DNA from: Fimicolochytrium jonesii
Lineage: Eukaryota
Direction of reading: 5' to 3'
Assembly: GCF_025526975.1 (NCBI RefSeq)
Contig: NW_026515677.1
Coordinates: forward strand, 248,001-312,000
Length of the DNA: 64,000 nucleotides
This document shows, one piece after another, positions 25,089 through 35,636 of this stretch (position 1 is its first letter; every line of letters begins with the position of its first letter). Below the pieces are notes generated by a model. That model was not told the DNA's origin, searched no databases, and saw only the letters and a program-made list of their open reading frames with translations. The position numbers and the translations under genes were made by a program.

Positions 25089-25159
25089 AAGCTGAGAATA
25101 ACGCCTTTTTTTGACGCTTTCCAGCCCTTTTGGTTCAAAAACACAATAATCCTCAGCTT
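25089..25159. repeat. 71-bp palindrome copy 9
   Basis: aagctgagaataacgcctttttttgacg...ttcaaaaacacaataatcctcagctt; on the minus strand it is directly preceded by GTAAGT. Confidence 0.9.
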
Positions 25160-25492
25160 ACTTACAGTGCGTGGCGTTGCAAGGAGAGAAGAGAGACGGT
25201 GTGATGTGTGTGTGATGTGTTGAAGATGGCGTAAAAGTGCTGTGGAAAGCATAGGGAAAACGTGAGGGGGAGCGTCTGCAGGCTGTCTTATATATGACAT
25301 CCTTTAATTGGGGGAGTGTGTGGAAGCTAATCATGAGGCTAATCTGTTGCCATAAAAAATGAAAAATCGATTCCCCTAATCAATTGTTAAGTGTTATCAT
25401 CAAAATCGAATTCTCTGTTAAATTGCGCGCATTGACGCGTCCATTCATATGGGATCATATGTGGTGTACTATGGGAAGCGTGTACTGTGAAG

Positions 25493-25529
25493 GCCAGTAA
25501 CGCAAGACCAGTAACGCTTATAGTAACGC
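25493..25529 (+). repeat. Right cluster of CAGTAACGC motifs
   Basis: gccagtaacgc 25493-503, agaccagtaacgc 25505-17, agtaacgc 25522-29. Confidence 0.7.
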
Positions 25530-26133
25530 AGTGTGACTCACACACATCGCGCTCACGCGCATTTCATTGTACCTACTATGTACAGTGTAGCAAATAACAA
25601 GCCAATGAATGAGAGTGATGATCACAGCGTCAGAATGAAAAGCTGTCGGGGATTGAACCGCGGACGTCGTGGTCCAAGTAAATCTACGCACGGCGGTGGG
25701 GTAGCAGAGCAAGGGAATGGCATATGCAAGCAATGTGCCTCGACAGGGAAGCGTTGTCAAGGGATCTGGCAACGACGCCCGGGATGCACGCTGATGAGAC
25801 AGGACGCAGCAGGCTATCGATCACCTTGCGTCGCGGCGGTGCACAGTGTCGCAGTCCCGTGGGATGATTGACATGGGTGCAGCGCCGAAGGATTAGCGAG
25901 TTGGCGAATCGTATTTTCACGGTGACAGAAGTCTTGAGGAACGAGGGGTGCACCCTGTCATGGGCATTGCGGCGGTGCAGGTGCTTGGGCGGCCGCCTAA
26001 CTATCCGAATCGCCGTAGAAAGCATACAGCTCCTGTCCAGTTCGCAATCGGTTGGCGACCCGCGCCTTGCGACATGATAGGTTAAAACGGCCGCGGACAA
26101 GCACCAGGTCCAGCGATCGAGAACCGCGCGAGG

Positions 26134-27072
26134 TCATCCTGCATCGGAATCATCGTCCGTCTCGTCACCCTCGCTTTCGTTAGCGATCTCCTCCGCAACA
26201 CCGTTACACAGAATCAACAGCTCCCGATCATCAAGGCTCAACCATTCCGCATTCGCCATGACGGCTGGCACGGCGCCTTCGAAAGTTCGGAGGAACTGGT
26301 GCATTACGCCGGTATCTGCGGTATACAGCCAATACAGCAGAGTCGGGAAGGCGTCGGGACATGGCGGCCGTATTGAGATTGCGAAGGCTGACGAGTTTCC
26401 TGGGACTGGTGCGCCGGGTGCCATGCTGTTACTGGGTCCCTGTCGACCCTGCTGTGCTTCTTCGATGAGTTTGCGAAACGTTGGAGAGAGGTTGCTGAGG
26501 TACACTGAGTGCGCGGGTATGATGGTGACTGCAGACGGTATCGAGGCCGTGTTTGTAGGGAGCCGTGGGTCAGTCGGAGGCCTTTTCGATGAAGCGTCTC
26601 CGTTTGCAGATCCACCGACGGATGTGCTCTTTCCTGACCCAGCTCCTGCGTTCGATGCGCCGCCACCCGCCGGACTCCCGTCTGTTGCACTATCTGCTCC
26701 TGCCGGCGGGTGCACATATAGCCAACAATCGCTCGTGTCCGTATCACCCCAATACGTCCGCCCCATACTCCGCAGCTTCTCGGTGATATAAACCGCCGGC
26801 ACGCCTTCCAAGCCAACCGGCGCTGCGGCTTGCAGTCCCGCCAGCTGCTGATAGAACTGCGATGGCTGCTGCCCCCTTAAAAGTTCTGGCGGGAGCGTCA
26901 GCAGCACCGGTTGCTGCTGTGGCTGCATCGCCCACTGTGGTTGGGTAGAGAGGCCATTTGAGATGTACCCTGGCTGGGCGTATCCGTTGTATGGCACCGA
27001 CGGGTATGGAGGAGGCGGGAGCCAGATGGCTTGCTGTGGTTGTGGCTGTGGATACTGTCCGAGAACTGACAT
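26134..27072 (-). CDS. Q/P-rich protein with a BTB/POZ-like domain
   Basis: 312-aa ORF. DTSDCWLYV...IPAHSVYLSNLSPTFRKLI...PDAFPTLLYWLYT is a BTB-like pattern split by a low-complexity insert. Confidence 0.65.
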   Translation of the reverse strand: MSVLGQYPQPQPQQAIWLPPPPYPSVPYNGYAQPGYISNGLSTQPQWAMQPQQQPVLLTLPPELLRGQQPSQFYQQLAGLQAAAPVGLEGVPAVYITEKLRSMGRTYWGDTDTSDCWLYVHPPAGADSATDGSPAGGGASNAGAGSGKSTSVGGSANGDASSKRPPTDPRLPTNTASIPSAVTIIPAHSVYLSNLSPTFRKLIEEAQQGRQGPSNSMAPGAPVPGNSSAFAISIRPPCPDAFPTLLYWLYTADTGVMHQFLRTFEGAVPAVMANAEWLSLDDRELLILCNGVAEEIANESEGDETDDDSDAG

Positions 27073-27998
27073 GCTGACTTGCCCGTGTCTATATGTGTAG
27101 TAGTCAATGTGGTCGACTTGTTCCTATCGTTCGCGTACTGTACTTCTTTGTTCAAGGATAGACTGCCGGCTCTCAAGCGGTGATTCCCCCAGGTGCTCCT
27201 CGGCCCCAGCCTGCTATTTTATATTCAAACGGCGCCTTCAGAACGCCGCCACATGCCTCCGCGGAGCCTTGGGGCTCGCGTCAAGCATGGAGACACTTTC
27301 TGGGCAAAAGGGTACGTAGGCCTTGGGGAAAGGAAAACGCCGTGTCGACTGACGTGTTCGCCCTCATTCACACAGGCCCACAATCAACAGCCTTCAAAGC
27401 GCCCTTCAACCGCCGTCCGTAAGCCTGGAAACTCGCCAAACTCAATAGAGGGCTACGGTCTATGAGCCACTAAGCCCATAATATCAATTCCGGTGGCTCT
27501 TTGTTTTGTTTGTGATGCACACGATCTCAAAGGGAGCGCCTTTGGCCCTTTGTTGTGTGAAGCCTTTCATACGCGTCTACGGAGGTAAGAAACGCGATAT
27601 ATTCGGTAGCACTATACAACAATATACAGCAGGGAGGTGGGTGGGTTAAAGACGTACTATGATCCTCGGTCGTCGTGGGAAAAAAGGAAGGAACGCAAGA
27701 AGGGGAAAGAAGTAGGGGTTCGTAGTAGCCTTGCATTTAACCACACCCTTTCTTGCTGGACCTCCGAGCTCGTCTGCCGTCAATTCGAAGTGTTCCCTCG
27801 AAAGTCGGGTGGAAAAAAATTTTGACCCCCCAAGGACAGATCAAGTAGTATTCAACAAAACTTTACATATGGACGCCATTAACCACACAAAATGCACCGC
27901 AACAGTACTCTCCCAAAATCGTGCACCTCGAGCAACATCCCAAGCAACCCAATGATCCCTTCCCTTCACCTTCCCACTCATTCGCAGAGGAAGAACGA

Positions 27999-30608
27999 TC
28001 AAATTTTCAACCTCGTTCCCAGACTCCGCCCCCGCTTCCTCGTTCCCTCCCTGGGTCTAACCTCCTCATCCGAATTATCCTCCTCATCCTCATTCTCATC
28101 ATCCGCAAACCCCGTCAACCCTCTCGCAACCTCCAAAATCGCGTCAAAATCACCCACGAACGCCTGAGTGCCCAACACAGAATCGATACCCGCCGCCTCG
28201 TTGGCCGCTTCTTCGAGCTCCAGGGTCCATCCGCAATCGGGCACGTCTGCGAGTGGTCGGAGGAAGGAGAAGAACGGGTGGTCGGACCTGTTATGTCCGC
28301 GGCGGAGGCGGCGGGCGGGAGGTTTCTTGGGAGGGGCGCCTGCGGTGGGCGTTGGAGAGTCGTTTTCGGTGGAGTCTTCGTTGGCGAAGATCGTTTCTCC
28401 GAATAAAATGTATTTCGGGGGTACGGGGGATGTGAGACTCTCGGAGACGGCTTTGGCCACTAAGGCTTCGTGGTCTTCTTTGATTCGGCAGATGATGGCG
28501 TAGAGCGGTGATAAGATCCTTTTCGACGCACGAACCATCATGTTGACGTGGATCAACCCGTTGCTCACTTCCCAATCAATGTTGCACGCTCCCAGAGTGC
28601 GCGGGAGATTTTTCCACGTTTTCGTCGCCGGATTCTCGACAGCCTTTCGCCAAACAAGTCGTGGATCCTCTCCCGCGTTTCCGGCCCGATCCCCTTTCTT
28701 CTCCTCATCGGTCCAGATCATGCCGAGGTACGAACGGGTCAGACAGGGATCTCCTCGATGAAGAGTTGTAAAAGGCGCTCGGCTCTTGAAGCCCTCGCCT
28801 TTCAGCTCCTGCTGAGCATGCACGATGAACTTCTGGCTCGCCGCGTGCAGCAAGTCCCAACTCTCGAGCGCCTTATTGTACTCCATAAATTTCGGCCTCC
28901 CCAGCGACGCAAACGTAAACCAAGTGATGAATATCTCGAGACTCTTCCAAATCGCCGCGATCGGTACGGGTTCTGCTTCCAGGAGCTCCGCGTGACCCAC
29001 AGGGCATGGGAACTGAGGATGGGGCATGACCCAGACCCCTGAAGACATTGCCGTCCCGGAGTATCTGGTGTGCGGAAGTGTGCAGGTGGCGCGATTGCCC
29101 GCAAAGAGTTGGGCTGGCCTCCACTTTCCGGTTAGGTATGCGCCTCCGCCACCGCAATTTGAGCAGCGCATGTATTTGTGTCGGCAACCTGCACAGAGGA
29201 GCTCCACACCCCATTCTGGTAATCGAGATTGTGGCGGATCACTTTGTTTTTCGCTTGTTGATTCAGTGGGTTCTGCAGACGCGATCGGCACCGTGAACGC
29301 GCCAGCAGCGACTAACTTCTTGCATACAACGCATGCAACAGGTATACTACTGGGTTCAAAGTTCGTTTTCCGCTTTCTTTGCAACTGTCCCTTCCGCAAG
29401 CGCTTGTTGGTCCACACAAGCTTCTCTGCGCATGGTGCACAAGCATAGTCCGCTTTGGCCTGCTCAAAGTTCGCAAGCTGGTCCTCCGTCCCATGTATCA
29501 GGCAATCTCCGATCACTTCGGAGCAGTTCCTGCAGTTGATCGAGGCTTTGACGTGCCGCTTCACTCGACGTGCCGTCCCCGGGTAGCCTGTCCGTCCTCG
29601 CGGGATGGCGACGGGATAGGCAGGTTTGCGTGATATTGGTTCGATCGGGCTGAAGGTAACGTGTTTGACGGCGTTGGTGATTGAGATTAGTGTTTGAGGC
29701 GTTTGTGATGTTTCGGTCAAGGGAGAGGATGTGAGAGCCGGTTCTTGCATGGTAATGTGTGACACTGGCAGAGGTCCGGCATGAGACACTGGTAGGTGCT
29801 CTTCGACATGAGACGCTGGCAGTTGCTCGCCGACGCCCACCGGCAACTGAACTTCGGAATGTGATGCCAGCGGTTCCTCGTCAGGTAAGGCGAGATAGTG
29901 ATCTGGGTTGTGATCAAGTAGATCGGCACCTACGGCTTCTTGAAAGGTCTGATGGGACGGCCAGTCGGCGCTATCCAGGAGCCTCCGCATTGGCGAAGAT
30001 GGACTGTATAAGCCAAAATCGTCCTGTGTCGCCGTATGGTCTCCTGTCCACTGGTCGCTCCCATGGTGTGCGGGTCTCGAAGAAGCTACGCCTTCCGAGC
30101 GATCGACTCCGTTAGCAGGGGCCTCTGAGAGTCCGTGGTTGAGATGTCCGTAATGAGCATCCAAAAGAGTATGGGAACCCGCATTGATATTCACAGCGGT
30201 AGATCCGAAAGCAGATTGCATAGCGGCCTCATGCCTCTGCCCCAACAGGCTATGCTGTGCGTCTGAAAACTGACTCGACAAGAACGAATGCGTTGGTGGT
30301 GGTAGTCGCGGGGATTGTTCCTGTTGCTTCTTCAATAACAATATTTGCAGTTCGAGCTCTTTCAGGCGAACATCCTCCTTCTTCGCCAACAATTCAAGCT
30401 CTTTCGCCTTCGTTTGTTCTTGCAGGAGGGCTAGAAGACTTGCCTCTCGCCCGGCATGCGAAGGACCCGCTGAGCTTCGTGGGTTGAACTCATTGTCTGT
30501 GGAGACAGGGTGGAAGGCTCCTTGGTTCGAAAGCACTGCTTGGTTTGGCGCCGTGGACAGCGACTCGAGCATAAGCCGTAGCCATTCCGTTCCTTCTGTG
30601 TTTTCCAT
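27999..30608 (-). CDS. Uncharacterised 869-aa protein with multiple CxxC motifs
   Basis: Long uninterrupted ORF with a short coiled coil, then CRNC, CAPC, CVVC, CAGC, CSNCGGGG...GKWRP...TCTLPH. Confidence 0.75.
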   Translation of the reverse strand: MENTEGTEWLRLMLESLSTAPNQAVLSNQGAFHPVSTDNEFNPRSSAGPSHAGREASLLALLQEQTKAKELELLAKKEDVRLKELELQILLLKKQQEQSPRLPPPTHSFLSSQFSDAQHSLLGQRHEAAMQSAFGSTAVNINAGSHTLLDAHYGHLNHGLSEAPANGVDRSEGVASSRPAHHGSDQWTGDHTATQDDFGLYSPSSPMRRLLDSADWPSHQTFQEAVGADLLDHNPDHYLALPDEEPLASHSEVQLPVGVGEQLPASHVEEHLPVSHAGPLPVSHITMQEPALTSSPLTETSQTPQTLISITNAVKHVTFSPIEPISRKPAYPVAIPRGRTGYPGTARRVKRHVKASINCRNCSEVIGDCLIHGTEDQLANFEQAKADYACAPCAEKLVWTNKRLRKGQLQRKRKTNFEPSSIPVACVVCKKLVAAGAFTVPIASAEPTESTSEKQSDPPQSRLPEWGVELLCAGCRHKYMRCSNCGGGGAYLTGKWRPAQLFAGNRATCTLPHTRYSGTAMSSGVWVMPHPQFPCPVGHAELLEAEPVPIAAIWKSLEIFITWFTFASLGRPKFMEYNKALESWDLLHAASQKFIVHAQQELKGEGFKSRAPFTTLHRGDPCLTRSYLGMIWTDEEKKGDRAGNAGEDPRLVWRKAVENPATKTWKNLPRTLGACNIDWEVSNGLIHVNMMVRASKRILSPLYAIICRIKEDHEALVAKAVSESLTSPVPPKYILFGETIFANEDSTENDSPTPTAGAPPKKPPARRLRRGHNRSDHPFFSFLRPLADVPDCGWTLELEEAANEAAGIDSVLGTQAFVGDFDAILEVARGLTGFADDENEDEEDNSDEEVRPREGTRKRGRSLGTRLKI

Positions 30609-31355
30609 TGCTATTCTCTATAAACCCATAAGAGATCAACAAAACTGCGTGAAAACCATGCGCATCTGCGTCTGCGCTGTTCCAACGTAGGTGTGTGGTA
30701 TATATGAGAGTGTGAGTCGTCCGCCTACGATTTGGCAGCCTGCGTTTTGGGTCGTTTGTTCAGGGTAATTCGATGGGAATCTCCCACGCCGTGGAAGTGT
30801 TTCGCGAAAGCCCTGCGAACTCGTGCGCATGGGCCGTTTGATGGGGCACAGCACTTGCGGTCAGTTCCTAACGAGCCGTAACGTGGCGCCCACCCAAAAA
30901 CTGGCCGCGTTGGCCCACGGACATGTTCAACTTCCCTCGCATTGGCCACGGAGTCCTCCTGGCAACGGGACTGGCACAGGTACAGCGTACTGCGTAGGTT
31001 AGAGGACCTATGAGGTGCGAAAGAGTCGGAAGTCATGCCTTTGAGGAATAGGTACCTCATTATTTTGACAGAGTTACGGAATGCGGCAACCTTTGCGGCA
31101 ACCTTTCCGACGACGGACGATAATGGGCTGCCCTTACAGGCGAACCTCTGGACACTCGGGAGTAATGAAAGATGGACACGATGGACACGACTTTATTGAC
31201 GAATGTCAGAAGTAGAGTGATATTATCGAGAGTTCAGCAAGGAAAGCGTTTTTATGTACATAGTACGACGGGTTTGTAGGGGGTATCATCACGTAGGGAT
31301 ATTATTTCCAAAAAATAAAAAAGGGGAGGGGGAAGGATATGTTCGGACAATGAGT

Positions 31356-32177
31356 TCAAAACAGCAGCATGTTCTTCAGACTCATGCAGTCCCTTGCGGT
31401 ATTTGTTGTTGACGACGAGGCTGGAGAATACCGAGAGGGTGTAGTCAAGGAGCAACCTGGGGACAGTTCATAGTAGCGACGGTCACCGCCTTCGTATGGG
31501 TGAGGTGCTTGTGGTGGTGACTGGTGATGGTCGGACACGGACGCTTGGTCTGATGGTACGTGCTCTTGTTCAGGCACCCATCGAGAGGAGTTTTGCTCGG
31601 TCTTCGTTGCTCGAGAAGAGCGAGAATCCGAATCGTTCTCGTGCTCTTGCTCATCGATTATCTCAAGACTGAGGGTCCGTCGCTTTTGGTTGGAACCCGA
31701 GTCCTGCTGACTCTTTTGTTCCTGTTGCAATTGTTGCTTTTCGCGTTTGGCTGATTGACCAGGAAGTTGCGATTCAAGATAGCTGATGTAGTCGATCGCT
31801 CCTTGCAGGATGGTCAGCTTGTGTGCTGGCTCTTGCCCCGCCGGGCAAGAGGGAAGTAGCGCCCGCAGATGAACGAGTTTGTCGTTGATACGTTCCCGTC
31901 GACGCCTTTCGACGGCGGAGTGCGACAACCTTCGGCGGTGATCGCGGCGGAGCTTCTCAGCGGCAAGCGATTCTTCGCGAGCACACATGGCCATCGTTGC
32001 GGCGGTTATTGCCGGATCTTCGTTTGGGGATGGTCGTGCGTAGGGAATGTGCATGTGCGGGCGTTGTTGACGCTGCGGCTGGCGAGGGACGTTGGGGCCT
32101 GGATATATTGGCGCCGGTGGTGCGTAGTATTCTTGCTTGATTGGACGCATTGCGTAGTGGGCTATTGGAGACTTCAT
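31356..32177 (-). CDS. bHLH transcription factor
   Basis: RRRLSHSAVERRRRERINDKLVHLRALLP...KLTILQGAIDYISYLE. Start assigned to MKSPIAHY; the ORF is open further upstream. Confidence 0.9.
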   Translation of the reverse strand: MKSPIAHYAMRPIKQEYYAPPAPIYPGPNVPRQPQRQQRPHMHIPYARPSPNEDPAITAATMAMCAREESLAAEKLRRDHRRRLSHSAVERRRRERINDKLVHLRALLPSCPAGQEPAHKLTILQGAIDYISYLESQLPGQSAKREKQQLQQEQKSQQDSGSNQKRRTLSLEIIDEQEHENDSDSRSSRATKTEQNSSRWVPEQEHVPSDQASVSDHHQSPPQAPHPYEGGDRRYYELSPGCSLTTPSRYSPASSSTTNTARDCMSLKNMLLF

Positions 32178-35100
32178 GGTTGCGACGATTGTTGCGACGA
32201 TGGATGCGAGATGTGTTACGAGTCTTCGGTAAGAATTGCAATATATCTGTGCACTCCGGTAATGGCTCAAGCAAAGGTGTGTATGCAGGCAATGCTGTTC
32301 TGGCAAGACGGGACCTGGACGCAAGACCGTTTCCTTTATATACTGGCCACCCCAGGGATCCCATCCTTTTTCTGGGCTGTCAAATGTCCCTATCACGTCT
32401 GATCTTTTCGGAGGGAGCATACGTAGTAATCTGCCCCCCGACGTGATGATGCAAGCTCGTGAGTCGTGTGTGCGTATTCTCCGGGGCGTATAAAAAAAAA
32501 ACGTTCGGATCTGAGAGTGTCTTGCCCAACAGTCGGACCTTGACCCCCTTTGCTATCGGCCTTTGAAGAGGTGTGTGAGATCTAGTCAGTAGGCGGATTG
32601 TGCCATCATCGTTGGTTATCGCGACGCGCCCCGTCCGAAAGCGCGGCTCCAACCAGATCTAAAAGCACGCGATAGTCACGCTATGGCCCGGAGTTCAAGG
32701 TTTTGTTCTACCGCCGTGCACGCACCCACAGGGCAAACGCATCCGGCTTCACATGCCAGCAGATCTGACATGAGGAGCCAGGGGTCTGTCTGCCTTAGGA
32801 GGTTGTTGCCCACGTGGTCCAGTTACAAGCGGAATGGTCAGTCACCGATTTATGAAAACGATCGATGCTTGGACCCTTGGATTCGCGGAGGTTGGCTCCC
32901 TTTGTTTCCGAGTCCTAATCTGCACGTGCTGCGGACCAAATGCCCCTCGTTCGTCCCTGCTTGCGTGCGTTTTGCTTGTTGACCTGCACGCAAATGCCAC
33001 TTCTGGAACGTGATGCTGAATTTGAAGATAAAACTATCCTGGCGCAAACACCCCTTGTGCAAGACCCCGCGCAAGATTAAAAGCGCGTTCAAGAGGCCGA
33101 ATACCGTTCGACCGTGAACAGATCTTGGAACAGTCCTGGCGACTCAGCGAGAGACACAAGCGCATGATATGGTGCTACGCTCGAACCTTCGAGTCTCGGG
33201 CTCCGGCCACCAAAACGTGGCCGAAGCTGGCATGGAACTGGATCTGGATGGGGATGTGGAGGGAGCGCGTCAGACCAACGGCAACAGCAACGTACCATTT
33301 GGCAGGCGGCATGTGTCGGAGATGCTGGTTACCATGGCTATTGGCGGTTGTGTGTCTCCCATTACAACTCCAGTCTGGGTGGTGGCTGCGAGCACTCCAA
33401 GCATTCAAGTCGATGCATCTGGACTTTGGACTGCGATGTGTCTAGACTCTACAGTATGAGATCTACGTACATACATGCATGCGCACATCAGAGTCCCGAG
33501 CAACTCCTATGTATATAAGCCCCACACCTTCTGGCTGTCCCCCTGTCAGCGCAGGCGTCTTCACATGAAGATACACCGCGCCGAAATAGCTCAGACATCT
33601 TTGTTCTTCCAACTGTACATCGCCGTGTCGCGTTCTGAATATTCAGTTTCGAAAGTTTGAAGTCGAATGTTGCTCAGCTGCTCCATCGCAAGGGAACGGC
33701 GACCCAGATTCATACGTAAGCTCCGGCGATAATCCTCTCGACGTAGACGTGTGCGAGTGCGAGGTCAGGCCATGCCAATGGATAGCGCCTCCCGCAAATC
33801 TTGCCCTTTTCACCGCAGATATTAGATACCGGCATACGGCTGCTAGGGTACTGTATTGTGTATTTCGCGCGGGAAACGATGTATCAAGAGATATGGCGAG
33901 CGCCGAGCGGCACGAGGCAGGGCGGGCAGCGATGAACTGCTCCTTGGCATGTGGTTGTGGGATAGGCAGACAATTTCGTGAAAACTCCCTGATGAACTGA
34001 ACTCCATCGAGTGAAAGCGAGGGATGTCGGCTAGGCTCGCTAGGCTCCAACGGCAACTTATGTTTGGCAAGTGCTTTGCGATCTCAGCAAGCACGGCGAT
34101 TAATCTCGTCTTGACCGTTCTTGTTCGCGTCGCCGTTCTCCCATCCTTATCTCCTTGTTCACGTACAGCATTCGACTTTCTCGTTGGAATCGGGTTCAGA
34201 GGAAAAGGCACGAGTAAGGGAGGGGCCTAGGTTTATGCAGTGGATTCTGCGGGGCGGGCAAGGGAGCGAGAGTAGTGGTTGTCCGGCATTCTGATAAGCT
34301 GCGTCTAGCTGCGTGTTGAAGGGATAGAGTGTGCGATGTGCGGCGGATGGGAAGTAGGATTGGAGAGATTGCGAAGGGGCGGGAGCAAGGCATACGAACC
34401 CGTAAATAAGAATTCTTCAATTCCGACTCAATCTGTCCATCTCCTCATGGAGGTCGGAGGCGGGTTGCCTTTGCGTCCAAGAAAGGTCCACTGAATATGA
34501 CACATTCATCTTCCGCTCCGTCACACGGCCTACTAGTACAGTACAAGTTTTTCCCATCCTACCCATGCCCTCTACGATATCGCGAGGATCACTCACTCCA
34601 AGTGAGTACCTCGGAATCACGCTTGGGTGTATAGAGAGGCACGGGTATCGTTTTTGAGCCCATCCGCATCTACTCAATCCACAAGGTTTGGTGATTGGAT
34701 CGTGAGAGTTTCAGAGGGGAGGCCACTTCGCGAGACTTTCTTCGGGTAGGCTTTTGTCGACATTGAGAGAAGCTGCTGAAAAACGAATGAGACAGATCGA
34801 AAGAGCAGCTTTTGGAGCACATTACTGTATGTCCTATGGCTGTTAGGGTCTACCGTCTACTGTCCTTTTCCGCTGAGATTGTGGTGTTCTAACCAGCAGG
34901 GTGCTGGATTAAGGAGTTCGACACGGCCTAGCCAATCTTGACGCCACATCTGGGTGCAGATGTGCTTCAATCAGTAGCTCACTCCTTTCCGTATATATGC
35001 TTCGGGCGGTGCACAATATTTGTCTGTCCCTTCAAACTTCACCTCCTCTAACTTCTACATATTGCGTATGTCATCTCAGCGTGCGGAGTAAACGCGATCG

Positions 35101-35636
35101 AAATGACACTTTTCGCGGAGGCAAGGCGCAGCAGAATGACAGTTCCCGATCCGATTTCGACAACACCACGAGGGCTGATGTCATACCTGGTTTTTTGCCG
35201 CCGGACAGATAATTCGATCCCTTCCGTGCAGAATGAAAAGGGCTCTCTGGAGTCTCGAAAGTCAGATCGCTTGCGACGCCGGACCTCCGAGATACGTAGG
35301 ACGTACGTGGCCCTCCGTGGTTTTCAACGGTGGATCAGCCGCATGTCGCATACCCCGCACACTCCATGATTTATGGTCGCCTGTCGAACTGCCTGTCGAT
35401 CCGATCGAGCCCGATGAAAACATGCATTCCCCATCTTCCTGCTCCTTTTTGCGGAAGTCCGACTGCGATGGAGCCAACCTGGAAAGTGGAGATGTGTATG
35501 TAATGTTGGTGATGGGAAGCACGTACCGTATATAAGCAAGGTGGCAGCCAGAGCCATGTCCGCGATAGCTTGACGTCCAGATCCACACCCATATACCGCA
35601 TCCACAGCGCAGCATTTTGAGAAGAGGACCGCAACA

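Larger units (their letters stand above)
19172..25529. mobile_element. Crypton-like tyrosine-recombinase element with cargo genes and a 71-bp palindrome array; boundaries approximate
   Basis: Contains a YR+GCR1_C pseudogene, an H3-like gene, an unknown ORF and nine 71-bp palindromes not noticed elsewhere in the window. Both edges carry GCCAGTAACGC / AGACCAGTAACGC direct repeats. Confidence 0.7.

Noticed and set aside
19380..25159. 71-bp repeats as a CRISPR array or as tRNA genes
   Set aside because: Spacing is 0.44-0.98 kb across coding exons, copies occur in both orientations, there are no cas genes, and I see no cloverleaf or A/B boxes.
32420..35630. Short ORFs in the long region between the bHLH and ABCG genes
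   Set aside because: No recognisable domains or coherent exon chains; probably regulatory intergenic DNA.
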